Below, piece after piece: positions 35,901-48,600 of a stretch of DNA of 64,000 bases. Every line of letters begins with the position of its first letter. The first letter of the stretch is position 1. Position numbers and translations under genes: made by a program. Origin of the DNA: Balanoglossus misakiensis (Eukaryota; Animalia; Hemichordata); contig CM082582.2 of assembly GCA_040954595.2 (NCBI GenBank), positions 9,105,483 to 9,169,482 on the forward strand, written 5' to 3'. Under the pieces are notes generated by a model, which saw only the letters and a list, made by a program, of their open reading frames with translations, searched no databases and was not told the DNA's origin.

Positions 35901-38087
35901 GGGGAGATCTCGCAACTGGGTTTTGGTTCGAAAAAGCGCTGAAAGAAACAGCACAGTAATTATTGGTTGGCCGCCTTGGGAGTTGTTGCATGTCATTTTT
36001 GTCATGTTTTATGGATTTTGTGATGTTGATAATGAAACTCGAGCTTGAACTTGGCTTCCAGAGTTCAAGCCATTTAATTCCCACTGCCCTGGAACTGCAC
36101 TCTTCAATTCACAGATGCATCAATTTTACTGCTGATGGTGGTTAAAAGTGTTGAATCAAAATGGCGACAGAGGACAATATTTGTGCAATATTTTCTTTTT
36201 GAAACTATTTTGTGTTTTTCTTCTACCTTGGTTACACTTATTTGGCAAGGTGTGACTGCAGTGTGAAATAAAAAGTATAGTCATCACAAAAGAATGATGG
36301 GGAAACAAATATAATAGCGATGATGCAAAGCGCACCATGCAGATTAATAATGAAAGTTGAATGGAATTTTAGTCCAGTGAGTGGCGCCGTGCATTTATGC
36401 CCGGTGCTCAGAATTTGTCATAAACAAATTGCAAAATTAGCTTCAAGCTGGCAGTTTGATTGTGGGCATAATTTATTGTGGGAAAAATCAATGCGAGAGA
36501 GAATGAAACACACTGTGTTGTCATCCTCATGAGGTTTTATTTTAAACAAGTAATCATCGTGCCTCGTCTTTGATTGAATTTATCAGACGCTTGCCTGTCG
36601 GAACACCGAAAGCCAGCCGTTTCATTGATTTTTTATGGGGTGAGGGATTTCAGGCCCGGATTTGGAATCCTGAGGTTTTTTTTTATGACAGAAATATATA
36701 ACTTCAACTTTAGATCCTGGTGGATAGAGGCCACAGTAATCTGATTATGGCGTGCCGCCGAGCTATGCATTAAACATGATTCAAACGCAACAGTCGTATA
36801 TTCTAGTGAAAGTTTGGAGCAGTCACGTAGATCATAATAATGTGGATTTCAAACAATGATCCGTCGTTCGAGCCATCTGCATGTGTGTTTCTTGTTTTAC
36901 TCAGTCATTCTGATTTCATATCCTTTGACAGGGAGGATTTCTTTCTTTCGATCGTTCTCACTCCAGCCTAATTTTTCCTTCCTCTCTCGATAAAAAATCC
37001 CGCTCCTAAAATGCAGCGTCCTGTCTCTTAATTAGAGTCGGCTTTCATTGCGATGCCTGGATCAATTGATGACCGGGATGGGCAATATTATTCCAGTCCA
37101 GCGGTACAGGAAATGCTTTTTAGATAGCGATCATGTGCCGGACTGTAAATTATATCATACTATTAATGCATCTATGAACATTAAGTGCGGCAGAGTGTCT
37201 GCCCGTTATCTGATTGATACTTTAATCCTAAAGTTGCACTTTTGAGCGTGTAGAACACGTTTGTAATTTGTAGCAAGGGAGGTTTAGAGTGCCTTTGTAC
37301 ACAGGACAGTCGTCTCAGCGCTATAGCAACTGCGCGGCTGAATGGATGGAGGGTCAGCGCATTTGCCAACCCTGTCACAAGAGAACGCGCCTGATCATTC
37401 GGGGGGAGGACAAGTACGACTGGAATTAGAACTGTAATTTTGGGTACGCGCCGTCTCATTATTAGCCTCTAGGGGACATCTCCCATGTGCATAAATCCTG
37501 ATAGTTCATTTCTGTGTGTATTCTCTTTGCCTAATTTAATTTGCGGTGGAAAATGGGTTGAGAGATCGGTTTTATTGCTACGAAACGTGTGTAAACACGA
37601 ATTAACAGCAGTTTACTGCGAAACTAGATTACCAGTAGTTGTTCAGTCGATCTATACTTTGGGTTTCCATGCACATTATACAATACACGACATGTTACCA
37701 GCGCATTACACTGTTAATATGTTTCAAAGGCTTGTAACTGAATGTTAATTCAAAGATTGGAGTTCGCTGCCCTAGTCAACTCACGTGTAACTGCGTGTAT
37801 ATTCCAATCCTTGCATTTATGAACTTCAGTTTTTATGGAATGTTTGGACCCACACCCAGGGAAAAGGGGGTGTAAGTGTTTGAGAAAAACTTGATGTAAC
37901 CATTCTTTTTTAAATGTTGCAAAAATTTTGTTCTACAAATTCAATACTGACCCACCATTGTTCCCATGAATTGTTCAGATAAGTGCATCATGTTCTGTTA
38001 TTGTATTAAAGGTCATTTAGAGGTCATGACAGTAACCGCTAAGTGAACCTAGCTGGATATCCACCCACAGCTACCCGGCTGTAACCA

Positions 38088-38158
38088 TAGAGACACAGGA
38101 CCACCAGTTAATGGCTGTTGCCCTCCTACTGGCAATTTCTGGTGGTCCTGTGTCTTTG
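38088..38158. repeat. Hairpin with perfect 17 bp arms
   Basis: agacacaggaccaccag (38091-38107) pairs with ctggtggtcctgtgtct (38139-38155), with imperfect extension inward. Confidence 0.85.
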
Positions 38159-39814
38159 CGGCTGATTTCGGTTGTCATAATATTTGTACATATATGCCAG
38201 TATGTATTGGTTTATTCCATAGTGAATGAAAAAAAAAGCCTGGAACAAATTTCAACAGATTGACTTAAGTTTCAGAAGACAAAGAGCGGATACTGACATA
38301 TAAAGAACGATGTCTGTCAGAATTTGCATAATTTGAAGAACACGGCAGATATGTGATATATGGAGATGGCCCCTAGGTGTAAAAGCACCACAGCACTGTA
38401 AAATAGACTCCAGCTTTTTTCCCTCGGCCAGCCTGGATTTTTTCGCAATTTTTTTACAATGGTCCAATTATCTATCTTGTCCTAGATCTTATTACAAGAA
38501 AAACAATTATTTAATGTCATCGGAACATGAAGGAAAAATTTGACTAAATGGTTAATATTTTGATCACCAAGTTCAAACATTAATGGGAAGGATAGTATTT
38601 TGATGAATATTCAATACCAAATCTTTGCCCAAGTGCTTTGTTTACTGCCACACATTACACATCTGCAGAGAGCGTTAAGGGGAGTCTGTGACACAAACAG
38701 TCATATGCAATAAATCATGCATTCAGTTAAAACACCCAACGTCGGTACAAGTGAGGGTTTAGAACCTGTCAGAGCTCAATGTCCTGAACCGACAAATAAA
38801 TCGCTTAGTTCCACTTTCATAAATTTCGGCGTTTTGAAAGTGAGACTCGATCATATTTCACGATCGGGCACCACTAACGCTAATGGTGTAGCGAAGAAAG
38901 CACACTTCCTGTTCTGTTTTTTTTCTCCCTACTTCTTTTTCCCCCTCCTGTGCGTATTATAGCCTGCCTGGCTTTTGTTCCGACATGATGAATGTTTCAT
39001 AATTTCAGAAGACACAATGAAAAAAGAAAAGAAAGGCATTTGTGAAAAGGGTAGGAAAAAGAAAATTACCGACAGTATAGCTGTAAATGATGATTTGTTA
39101 CCGTGGAGAAAAGAAGTGTAGATTAAAAATGATGACAATAAATTTTCTGCGCCAATATGGAGGTTTCTGAGAAAAAATGATTTGTGGCTGCAAATCATTT
39201 GTTATATTTACCATTGCCTGGGTCTGAAACTTTGCAATAAACAGTGGCCTTGAAATGAAAGTGTTTCTGTACTGTGCCACAAGGATGGTGAGATGATTAT
39301 TGTACAACTATTGTTCACCAACTGGCAACTATGTGTTATGTATTCCCCTAACGTGGATAGCAGTTTGGATTATTTTTACTTCCATTTCATTTCCCAAACC
39401 ACATTTTGCGCTTGTGGTTTGTAAATGTATGCCTGACATTTGAACACCGGTGTAATCTTAAAACGCCCCCTGGCTGATGGCTCATAGGAAACAGGAAGAC
39501 TCCTCACCTCTTCCTGTTTTGCCAATGGATTAAAAGAAATGAATCTGTGGTGGAGGCTGATTATATCGATGTATCGTACTTCCCAAGTTGTAGGAGAGTG
39601 GATGGCGTATTTTTTTATTAGTGGATGTGATGTCACCGTGATGTCACTCGCATTGGATCTGCAACCGACCTTTTTTGGGCTTTAAATTTTACCTGTATAT
39701 TCCAAAATTGGCTTGCATTTATCTCACATTATTGCCCAGTGCACCCACCTAGTTCACCAAACAACACTATATTTACATGTTTTTCACATGCACAAGAAAT
39801 GAGAGATTCAGAGA

Positions 39815-39990
39815 ACAAAATGTTCTCAAATGATTTCAAATTTGAAATTCAAAATGGCCGCCAATCTCCATGTTAACTCTATGGAGAAAAATTAAAAGTA
39901 GTGATTTTAATGAAGACAAGATGGGGAGCACTTTTAATATATAACAAAGAACTGAAAGGTTTGGTGGTCTATCATATTTCTGAAAATTCT
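39815..39990. repeat. Probable interspersed repeat fragment
   Basis: tttcaaatttgaaattcaaaatggccgcc...tgttaactctatggagaaaaat resembles dispersed repeats I recall from marine deuterostome genomes. There is no second copy in this window. Confidence 0.3.
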
Positions 39991-42900
39991 GTCCTGAGGC
40001 ATGTGCTATCTTAAAATCTATGGAAACAACTAGCTCACAATTGGAAAAAAATTGAATAAGTATCATATTCAAAATTGGTTCCATAGATGATTTTATCATG
40101 ACATTTCAAAAAAATACAGTAATCTTTGTATAGAAACGGGCACAGTGGCTGCATGCTGTTATCAGACTAGGAGAACTGACTGTGTTCGATTCTGAGAAAA
40201 TTTCAAACCTTTTTATAGTTTTAATGCAGGCATATAAATCCCCTTGAGTACATTTAGATCTTAACATTAATACCAGAACCCAGGCTTTAATGTACACGCA
40301 CCCTCAAAAAAATGAGAGAAAAATACATTCCCATTACATGAAAAAGCATTAAAACTAGTAATTACATGTCTGGTAATTTATAACTTAAGCTACCCTGTCA
40401 TACATGTACAGAAGCATACAAGTAATTATAAACTGTATTATTTTTTTTTCTTCTGCGAACGTTACAAAGAAAATGAAATTGCTCATATTTCTTCGCTGCG
40501 TCTAGCCTCAAAAACTGACTGTTTGTAGTATCGATTTGAAAGGAGCTTCCGGAAACTGATATTACCCAGCAAGGTTTCTAAATATTAAAAAACAGACATC
40601 CTCAGTTTGGGCTGTGATTACGCACTAATGTACTTTTGCCTTCATCTTTTCTCGACGTTGTTAGTTTTGCCTTTGCCATTTTCCCTGACACTGCCTGCCC
40701 TGGATTATATGAAATGGGGGTTTCGTGATTGACACCGGCAGTCGCCGTGTCGTCGTGTATCATTTTGCGTGACCGCCAACGGCAGGGCAGCTAGCCGAGT
40801 CTCCTGCCGGAGAAGAGAAAAAAAAAACGAATCGGTAAAAGCAGACAGGAGTGTAATTACCAAGTGATGATGTCAGTGTTTCCCAGATAGATTTATCACT
40901 CATAACGATGCATCAACGGGCAGTAAATAATCTCTTTCAAATGCATTTCGTACAGCGCCAGCTTCTGCCAAGTTTCCTGGGAGACAAAAACAGAGAAGAG
41001 AGAAAAAAACATACATCAATGTCCAGACTTCCTAATGGCATAGGAACTGTCCACCGAGACTAAATTTTCATCCAGAAATTGAATTCATATTTTATACATC
41101 CACATATTTATTTCCCTTGCATATATATTTGTCAGCATCCATGTAAACTGTGGAAAAAAAAAACGTGTTGGTGATAGAAATAAAATAAAAAGACAATATT
41201 AAAATTGGGGAAATGTTCTCATTGTTTATTCTTAGCATCTGCAAAATAGGGTTTCCCTCTGAACTACAGTGAGCAAATCGCTGCGTGTAAATCAAATGAT
41301 TGCACACAGTGTATAAACATACATGTGTAAAGTGTCATTTCTATCCGGTTAGTGATTATTTGCAGGTCCTTACACGGTATACATCGGTGACATGTGCAGC
41401 ATTGCGACAGAAAACAGTTAAAAGAAATCTTTAGCCAGCATGCACGTCCAATTACTGTCAAGCTCTCTGCTCAGTGCAGACCTCAATCGGGTAGAAATAT
41501 CGCATAAAAGACATCGGCGCTATGAAAGAACGTCATTTTGTTCGAGAAAAAAACTAATCTGGATGTTCTGTGGCTTTGATGTCACGGCCAGAAACTGCAA
41601 TAAAAAACAGCGATGTGTTCAAAGCCACAGAACAATGGAAGAAAAAAATCACCACCTGTGAAAATCTGCGACCTTAACTGACCTTACCCAGGATGCATTT
41701 CAATAGAGCAAGAACAGATTCTATTGAAGTTTTCAAGGGGACTGTTTTCTATGGGAAATTAAACTACACTGTCATAAAAGATATGTGTGTGTATGCAGCT
41801 CTGTATCAAAATTAATCTCGGCATCCATAGTTTTGTTGCAAGACGGAGGTACTGTTCTTTTTACATGAAAAAGACATTATGGCTATTTTTAGATGTAAAA
41901 CCATCTTAAAGCGCAAGATATCAAATGTATGTTTTACTGCGGAGATTTGTAACTCATTGAATGAAGTGGAAGAAAGATTGTGAGCTATACCAGACAGTGG
42001 TACTTAGGATTGGTGTAACATTACCTGAGCTAACAATTTGGAAGGATGCGTCGTTGTTTGAAAAAAAATCTTAACTTCGATACTGGGAGCCAGGTTTATC
42101 CATTATGCAAATTGGGATTTGATTCTCATTGTGATGTTAAAACATGAACAGGTTGGAGATGCATTACACAGGGAAGCAAAAATTGCATTTTGGGGGGATT
42201 TTTTTTATACCATACTATAACAAGCTCTCTGATCATTGCTGAAATACAGAATATTTCCATGTACATGTACATTGTAGTCTTGGCTTGATCTCACCTGTTG
42301 TACTCATTACGATATTGCAGCATTACGACATAACCCCCCAAAACCATATCAATCACTGCAGCCTGACTTTCAGACCTTCCGTGCAATCAATTTTTTTTTT
42401 ATGCAACTCTAGAACTCCCAAACATAATGCTAGGAATTTCACTTCACTCCGACTGTTTTCATCATAACAACAAAAAGAAATGAAGCATTAATCCTTCTGT
42501 CTTTTTGTAAATTAAGAAATTGATGACCACTATTAGAGACAGGACAAGAGGCTGCTGTCAGGCTTAGAGCATAAAAATGAATCCCATAATCTGGAAACGA
42601 GTAGCATACAACCAAATACTGGCAACAGAGGAGTATAATGCCAGCCATTAATATTTCAGGGAATTTTGATGCCGTGATTTGTAATAGGAAATGTCCCATC
42701 TGTCAAAGGCCTATTCCCGTCTTCTGGGTAATGGCTTTAAAGCAACAAGTGTTAATCTGGCTTTGTACATCTGATACAGACGACGCTTTTTTGTTTCTCA
42801 TTGTGAAGCGTAAGAACATCGGCTGGACATTCAGTAAAAAATTGTCATCAATCGGAATTATTTGACTTTGGAGAAGGAAGAAAATGTACACATGCATGAT

Positions 42901-45113
42901 TGTATGGTATCAGAAATGATTTATGTTTTAAAATGCTCGTAGTAGATCTTGTTGTCCAATCATGGATGTCATGCAATTTTATTCCGGGAACAAGAACCTG
43001 TCATGCTCATGTATGCCCATAGAGGGCGGTGTTTAGACAAGAAATTGGGGTTGGTTCATGCAAATGAAATGAAAGTGTACATTTCGTGGAAATAGAAGAT
43101 CAATTTTCCCGGCGGGAAAGCTTTATTGTATTAAAATTGTGCAGCTGTGTGAGAGGAAATGCTGTTGGACAATACCCTGAGATCCATAAAAATTTCCTTT
43201 CTCAACACAAAACAGCATGGGATCAAACTCATGTGTAGAAGTTACTGGTAAAAGATCCACTGTGTATTTCAATTTCATTGTGGCATCTTTATCAGTGACA
43301 TCACATTTGACAAAATGCTACACACACTGCGGTACATTAACTATGCGTAGAGATAAAAGTCACCTGTCGTTTATAATGTGATTCTTTTAAACTGTCACGA
43401 TCCTGCATTTGTTGGTGAATATAAGTCTGCCAGCCCTCCCATCTCAAAATTCAATCTGAATTCAGTCTGTAATCTTCAATACACTCAGAAAATAACATAA
43501 AAAGCAGTAACTGTGAGAAAAATAATCATTTTTACTGAAACACTCAGATTTATCGTTGATTGAACCATGCATTAAAATGCATTGCGCGTGACGAACACAG
43601 CATTTATGCCATGTCAGATTAGTACAGAAAGGTTTGCCATACAGCATTATGGATTATGCAAAAAGTCAGGTATCAGAGGCTGACAAATCATCTGCTTGCA
43701 CTTTATTACAATGCCGCATCGTAACTTATTTTTAATATTCATGTGGTATGAACAGAAATCAACAAAACTTGATAAATTTATCATGATGGCAGGATGGGTA
43801 CACGCGCAGTTTAAGAGTCTTTTCCAAAGTACATGCAACATGGATGAGAGGCTATTTTTACCGTCAAAATACTCACCGCATGTACAAATAGGGGGTTTGG
43901 AAGATTAAGTCTGACAATAGTAGATTATAGAGAATTTTTGTGATCTTAATATCACCTATAATGTACAGATGAGCTGGAATCAAATATTCATACCCAAGCC
44001 ATCAATTAACCAAAATCCTCAGCTCACGCACTGACAAAGGAAGTCACAGTTTCTGATCAAAAATTCTTTTCCCACTCTTGGCTAATGCGGATCAAGTGCT
44101 GAGCTAGCTGGCATAGTTGGAGGGATGGTAAGCTGTACTTTTGAGTCGAATCGTGGTCTGCCCGGTGGGTGATATATTTACACGAGATCGGCCAATCACA
44201 GCGTTTTGGTATAGAAATACATATTTGCTAGTGTTACTGTAGTCACTCAACTTTCCCCACGTCAATGGGCTTTATTATGTCATAATTAATGAAATGAATT
44301 TCAGCAGAATGTGTCCTGACTGGTGGATGTATGGATGAATGTGTTAATCGTAGCATCGTGTAGGCCTACAGTAACTGAAACTCGTTACCGAAACTACAAA
44401 AGGAAGCTATTGGTTAATTTGGGAAGCCTTTCAGGGTACCCGTCACCAACACTGGGGCCGACACCAGAATGAATTGCGCGCCCCGCAGTGCTCCATGGTC
44501 AAAGTACCGAAGCAGTCACGTGACAAGAGATCAAAGAGAAATAGCGTGCTTTACTTGTTCAGGAACGTGCATAATTATATTCCTATTCATAACACCCTTG
44601 GTTTTCTCTATTATGCCACCAGCTGAGTTTCACCACATGAGGTCTTTGAAATGGCCATGTACGTGCCCTTCAGTTATGATTTTTTTGTCACTCAAATCTT
44701 GTTACCTCGAAGTGATAGCTTCCTGGGGTTCTTTTACTCAATCTGCTAGCCCAGCGCTAGCAGAATGCAAATTGAATCAGATGCCAGCACTGCAGACAGA
44801 ACCTGGTGAGCTAGCCCGAGGCAAACCCAGTCGAGAAGGAACTTTCTGCACTGATCACGGTATCTCTTCAGAGAATCGTACATTTGCCCAGGTCATATTA
44901 TGTGAATTTCCAAGATTGTAAAATTTCACATTCCGGAGCAGTTCTTGTATGTGGGTGTAGGCACATGTACCAATGCATCTTCTACAGAATGTTGTTGCTG
45001 TGACTTCTTAGTCACACCTGCCCAAATCAAATCTCCACCTATGTAATGGGTCAGTGCAAAATTCCTTTGGAACATCACCAACCATTCATATAATTTTCTT
45101 TTTAATTTTCCAG

Positions 45114-45490
45114 ATGTATCCGCATTGGAGAATGTGGAAGTAGCAGAAGGCATCCCCCACCCCGACGATTTACCCGCCAGCCTGTCCCCCGGGCGGGGCC
45201 CTTACAAGTGCGACACGTGCGACAAGGAGTTCCCGCGATGGAACCTCTACAAGCGTCACCAGAAGACGCACGCCTTCGACAAGCCGCACCGCTGCGACAC
45301 GTGCGACATGTCCTTCAACGTGGAGTACAACCTGACCTTGCACAGGTCCATCCACAGCCTGTGCGAGCTGGTGTGCCCGGACTGCAACAAGAAGTTCTCC
45401 AGGGTGGCCAGTCTCAAGGCGCACATCATGCTGCACGAGAAGGAAGAGTACCTGATGTGTAGCGAGTGTGGCGACGAATTCAATTTACAG
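45114..45490 (+). CDS. ZNF236: ZNF236 exon 2 (fingers 1-3 and first half of finger 4)
   Basis: Polypyrimidine tract + ttccag acceptor, CAG|GTCAGT donor. [22 protein letters not shown]...[36 protein letters not shown] is nearly identical to the ZNF236 N-terminal fingers. Confidence 0.95.
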
Positions 45491-48484
45491 GTCAGTAACC
45501 AGTTCGCGTCGTTTGCATAACATTTTCTGTCAGGTCGAATTTTTTAACTATTAAATGACTTTTTTTAACAAGAATGTCAGATTAAATCAAGCAAGCAATC
45601 ACGTAACAGAAGTGGAAAGAAAATGGTGATGGTAATTTTGCTTGATTTATTGACGTTAACATTTACTTTACATTTGTATATTTCATGACATTTATAATGA
45701 ACGATGGCAGGGTTGCTCCACATTGTAATGAGAGACTTTCCTTGATTGGCAAGAGGAAGATCCATTTACCCTCACTCAGCCAATCAGGGGAGGTCTCTCA
45801 GGCTCGGGCAGAGAACGGCGAGTTTCAGATTTCCCTGGATAGACAAATGATATCGTATTCACCTCCAATGCACTGAAAACACTCTGCCTAATTTGCCAGC
45901 AATAGAGCAGACCATTTTCCCGGCATTAACCCTCATCAAAGCTGCATCAGGGTACCATTAACGCCCTCCACTGGCGCTCATCAAACATGCGGGAGAGATT
46001 TTCCCCCAATGCACATGTGGATTCCCATTCTCGGCAAACAGTCAGGCGCCCGAACGACACGGCGGCCGCTTGCCTTGGCGATGCTCATTACCGCATTTGC
46101 GTCAAAACCAAACAAATTACATTTGTGTTCTCATGTGTGCGTGTGTGTTCTCACCCCCTGACAACCACCAGTGTCCTCTCTCTCTCTGATTCGCTGACAT
46201 TAGCTGCTCACGTATCGCGCGTCACGTGCGTCCGCTGAAAGCTCGCCTCAGCGGGAGTGAAATTGTGCTCGGCTGGGGTTGTGAGATAATGATGTTGCCA
46301 CCCGACTGTCGTTTTCCCCCGACAGGACCAAACCCCCTCTGTTCTGACTGTCAAGTGTCAGACCGCATCAAGGAATGAATACAAATCAGCGCTGTAATTC
46401 CGCTATCTGCGCGGAATGAATCGAAAACTTGAAGTGGAAGTCATGTGACGATGCCGAGTTGTCACAATAGATAATGGGGTTTTAACATTCAAAATGAAAC
46501 TTGCCAATATGCACGCGGCTTTTTTAAAAGTCTGTTCTAGCTGATTGGATTACTGAACCGAGTTTGAAGTCAAGTTCAATATTTGTTCAGATTGGAACAT
46601 CAGTTTCTAATTATGACAACCTTGAGGCAGGGACTAGTAATATCAGCCTCATCTGTCTGTCATCAATGCAGTGAGAATCTCCTCTGGCAAAATAGAAATA
46701 GACTTTAATAGAACACAGGTACATGTATGATTGGACTGCCCTTGGTTTAGAGCTGAATGATGACTTTTTGAGTGAAGTCTGGAAATTAAAACTCAATGTC
46801 ACAACCACACTAGAACTTGTCAGAACAATCTCTGGTAGTTTTTGGTGCAGATATGTGCATAATAATTAGGTCATTTGCATGGTGGACGTCAAATCTGTCT
46901 CTCCAAATTGTAAAAGATGATAATATCCATGAACAATTGCACTTTCTTTATCAAAGACACTCTACTTGAGGCTATACACCCTGTTGATACATGTATGCAT
47001 GCTGTTGAAAAAAACACATTTAATGTTGATAAACGCACGTTAATACTGTTTGCCCAAACCCCTTTTCTTGCACAGAAATATGGAAATAATGAGATTTGCA
47101 ATCTGGTATGCTTTCTAAAGGTGTTATCACTTCACAAACACACGGGTGGTTATTTCATCACAGGAATTCAATGCCACTCTCCCTTCTATCAATAAAGATT
47201 GTAGACATGAACACATTTACTTTTCTCATTACATGTTTGTCTGTGGTAAAAATGAGCCAACCAATATTGATATTCCTCGCGTTAGATTATTGCAGATAAG
47301 AGATTTACGGTTGCATAGCACTTTTTTGTCTACCGCAGGCTTTTGTAATATGTTGAAATTAATATTTTAATCTACTTGAATACAAATACCACACGGCCAC
47401 AATCAACATTATTTAAAATACATTTGTGTTTTGTAAATACCTAATATCTGGGTCTGAACGGGAATGAATTGGTTGGATTAACGTGGAAATCAACTTATTA
47501 TTCCGAGCAGATGTAGGATTATTACCGGCGATAACGAATATCATTACTTGGGAGATGCAGAATACAATTTGCATACATTCTTGACCCATGTCTGCAGTCA
47601 GAAAGTCAGAAAAAATGCACTCAAGTATAAAATAGCTACAGTCGCTTTACATCTCTCGTGCAATAAGAACAAGCCAGCACTTGATCACGAAAATTACAAA
47701 TTTCGACATAGTTGACAAGGCTCAGATGTTTATATGTGGCGATTTCTGTCTCCATCTTGCGTTGAGGGCTTTTTGTGTGTGTCAAATACTTCACTGCATT
47801 GCCCACAGTAACTTATGAATGTAGTAAAGTAGGACTGCAATAAATACGCAGTCACAGTTACTGCTGAACAAACTGACATCAATCACAGTCGCAACATAAA
47901 GTTTTCCCGTTTGCTGCCTGAGTTTGAATCAATCCTTTAGTTTTCCAATGGTGTGGTTTGGCCCATGCATAGTAACCCCCATCATCTCTCTGCTTGCTTG
48001 ATTTCCACACATGTATGCAAAATATTCCTGTCAAAATTACATGCCACTGTTTTTTTTTAATTCATGACACTAAGTCCTTCTCCATCTCATAATTATACAC
48101 TGTTCAGACCTCACTGAATTATACTGCGTGGAATCAAAATGAAATTGTATGAATAGGTGGAGGAGAGAGCACGGGATTGATTACTTTTTGCTTGGAAACA
48201 TCACATGAATCGTGATTTTTTTCACTGAGTCATATTTTACCGATAAAGATGGACGGGAAAGCATTGAAGGAAATAAAGCCATACTGAAAGCCCTCACTGT
48301 TGTAGATATTATTTACAGTAACAGGATCTGCGAGCAATGAACACAGTATCAATGAATCTCTCACGTCTGGGTTTTAATCTCAGTCTGGGACAAAATCCAA
48401 ATGTATTGCATCCATAGTGCACTTGACAGCATATTTTGTATCACGATCAATACTTTCAATCGCCAGCTTTTAAGTATAATTTTT

Positions 48485-48600
48485 TTTAAAGCCCCACGGA
48501 CTAAGTTTGTGGGAACTAATGTTTGTCCGTCCGTCTGTCTGTCTGTTGAGATCTGTCTGGAAACATTACTCAGATATGCCTGGATAAACTTCATTCAAAC
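48485..48600 (+). mobile_element. HINE/DINE-1-like (Helentron-associated) element fragment
   Basis: T-run, then a short cccac...gtggg inverted repeat, then a GTCC/GTCT microsatellite (gtccgtccgtctgtctgtctgt). This is the 5' architecture typical of HINEs. Confidence 0.45.
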
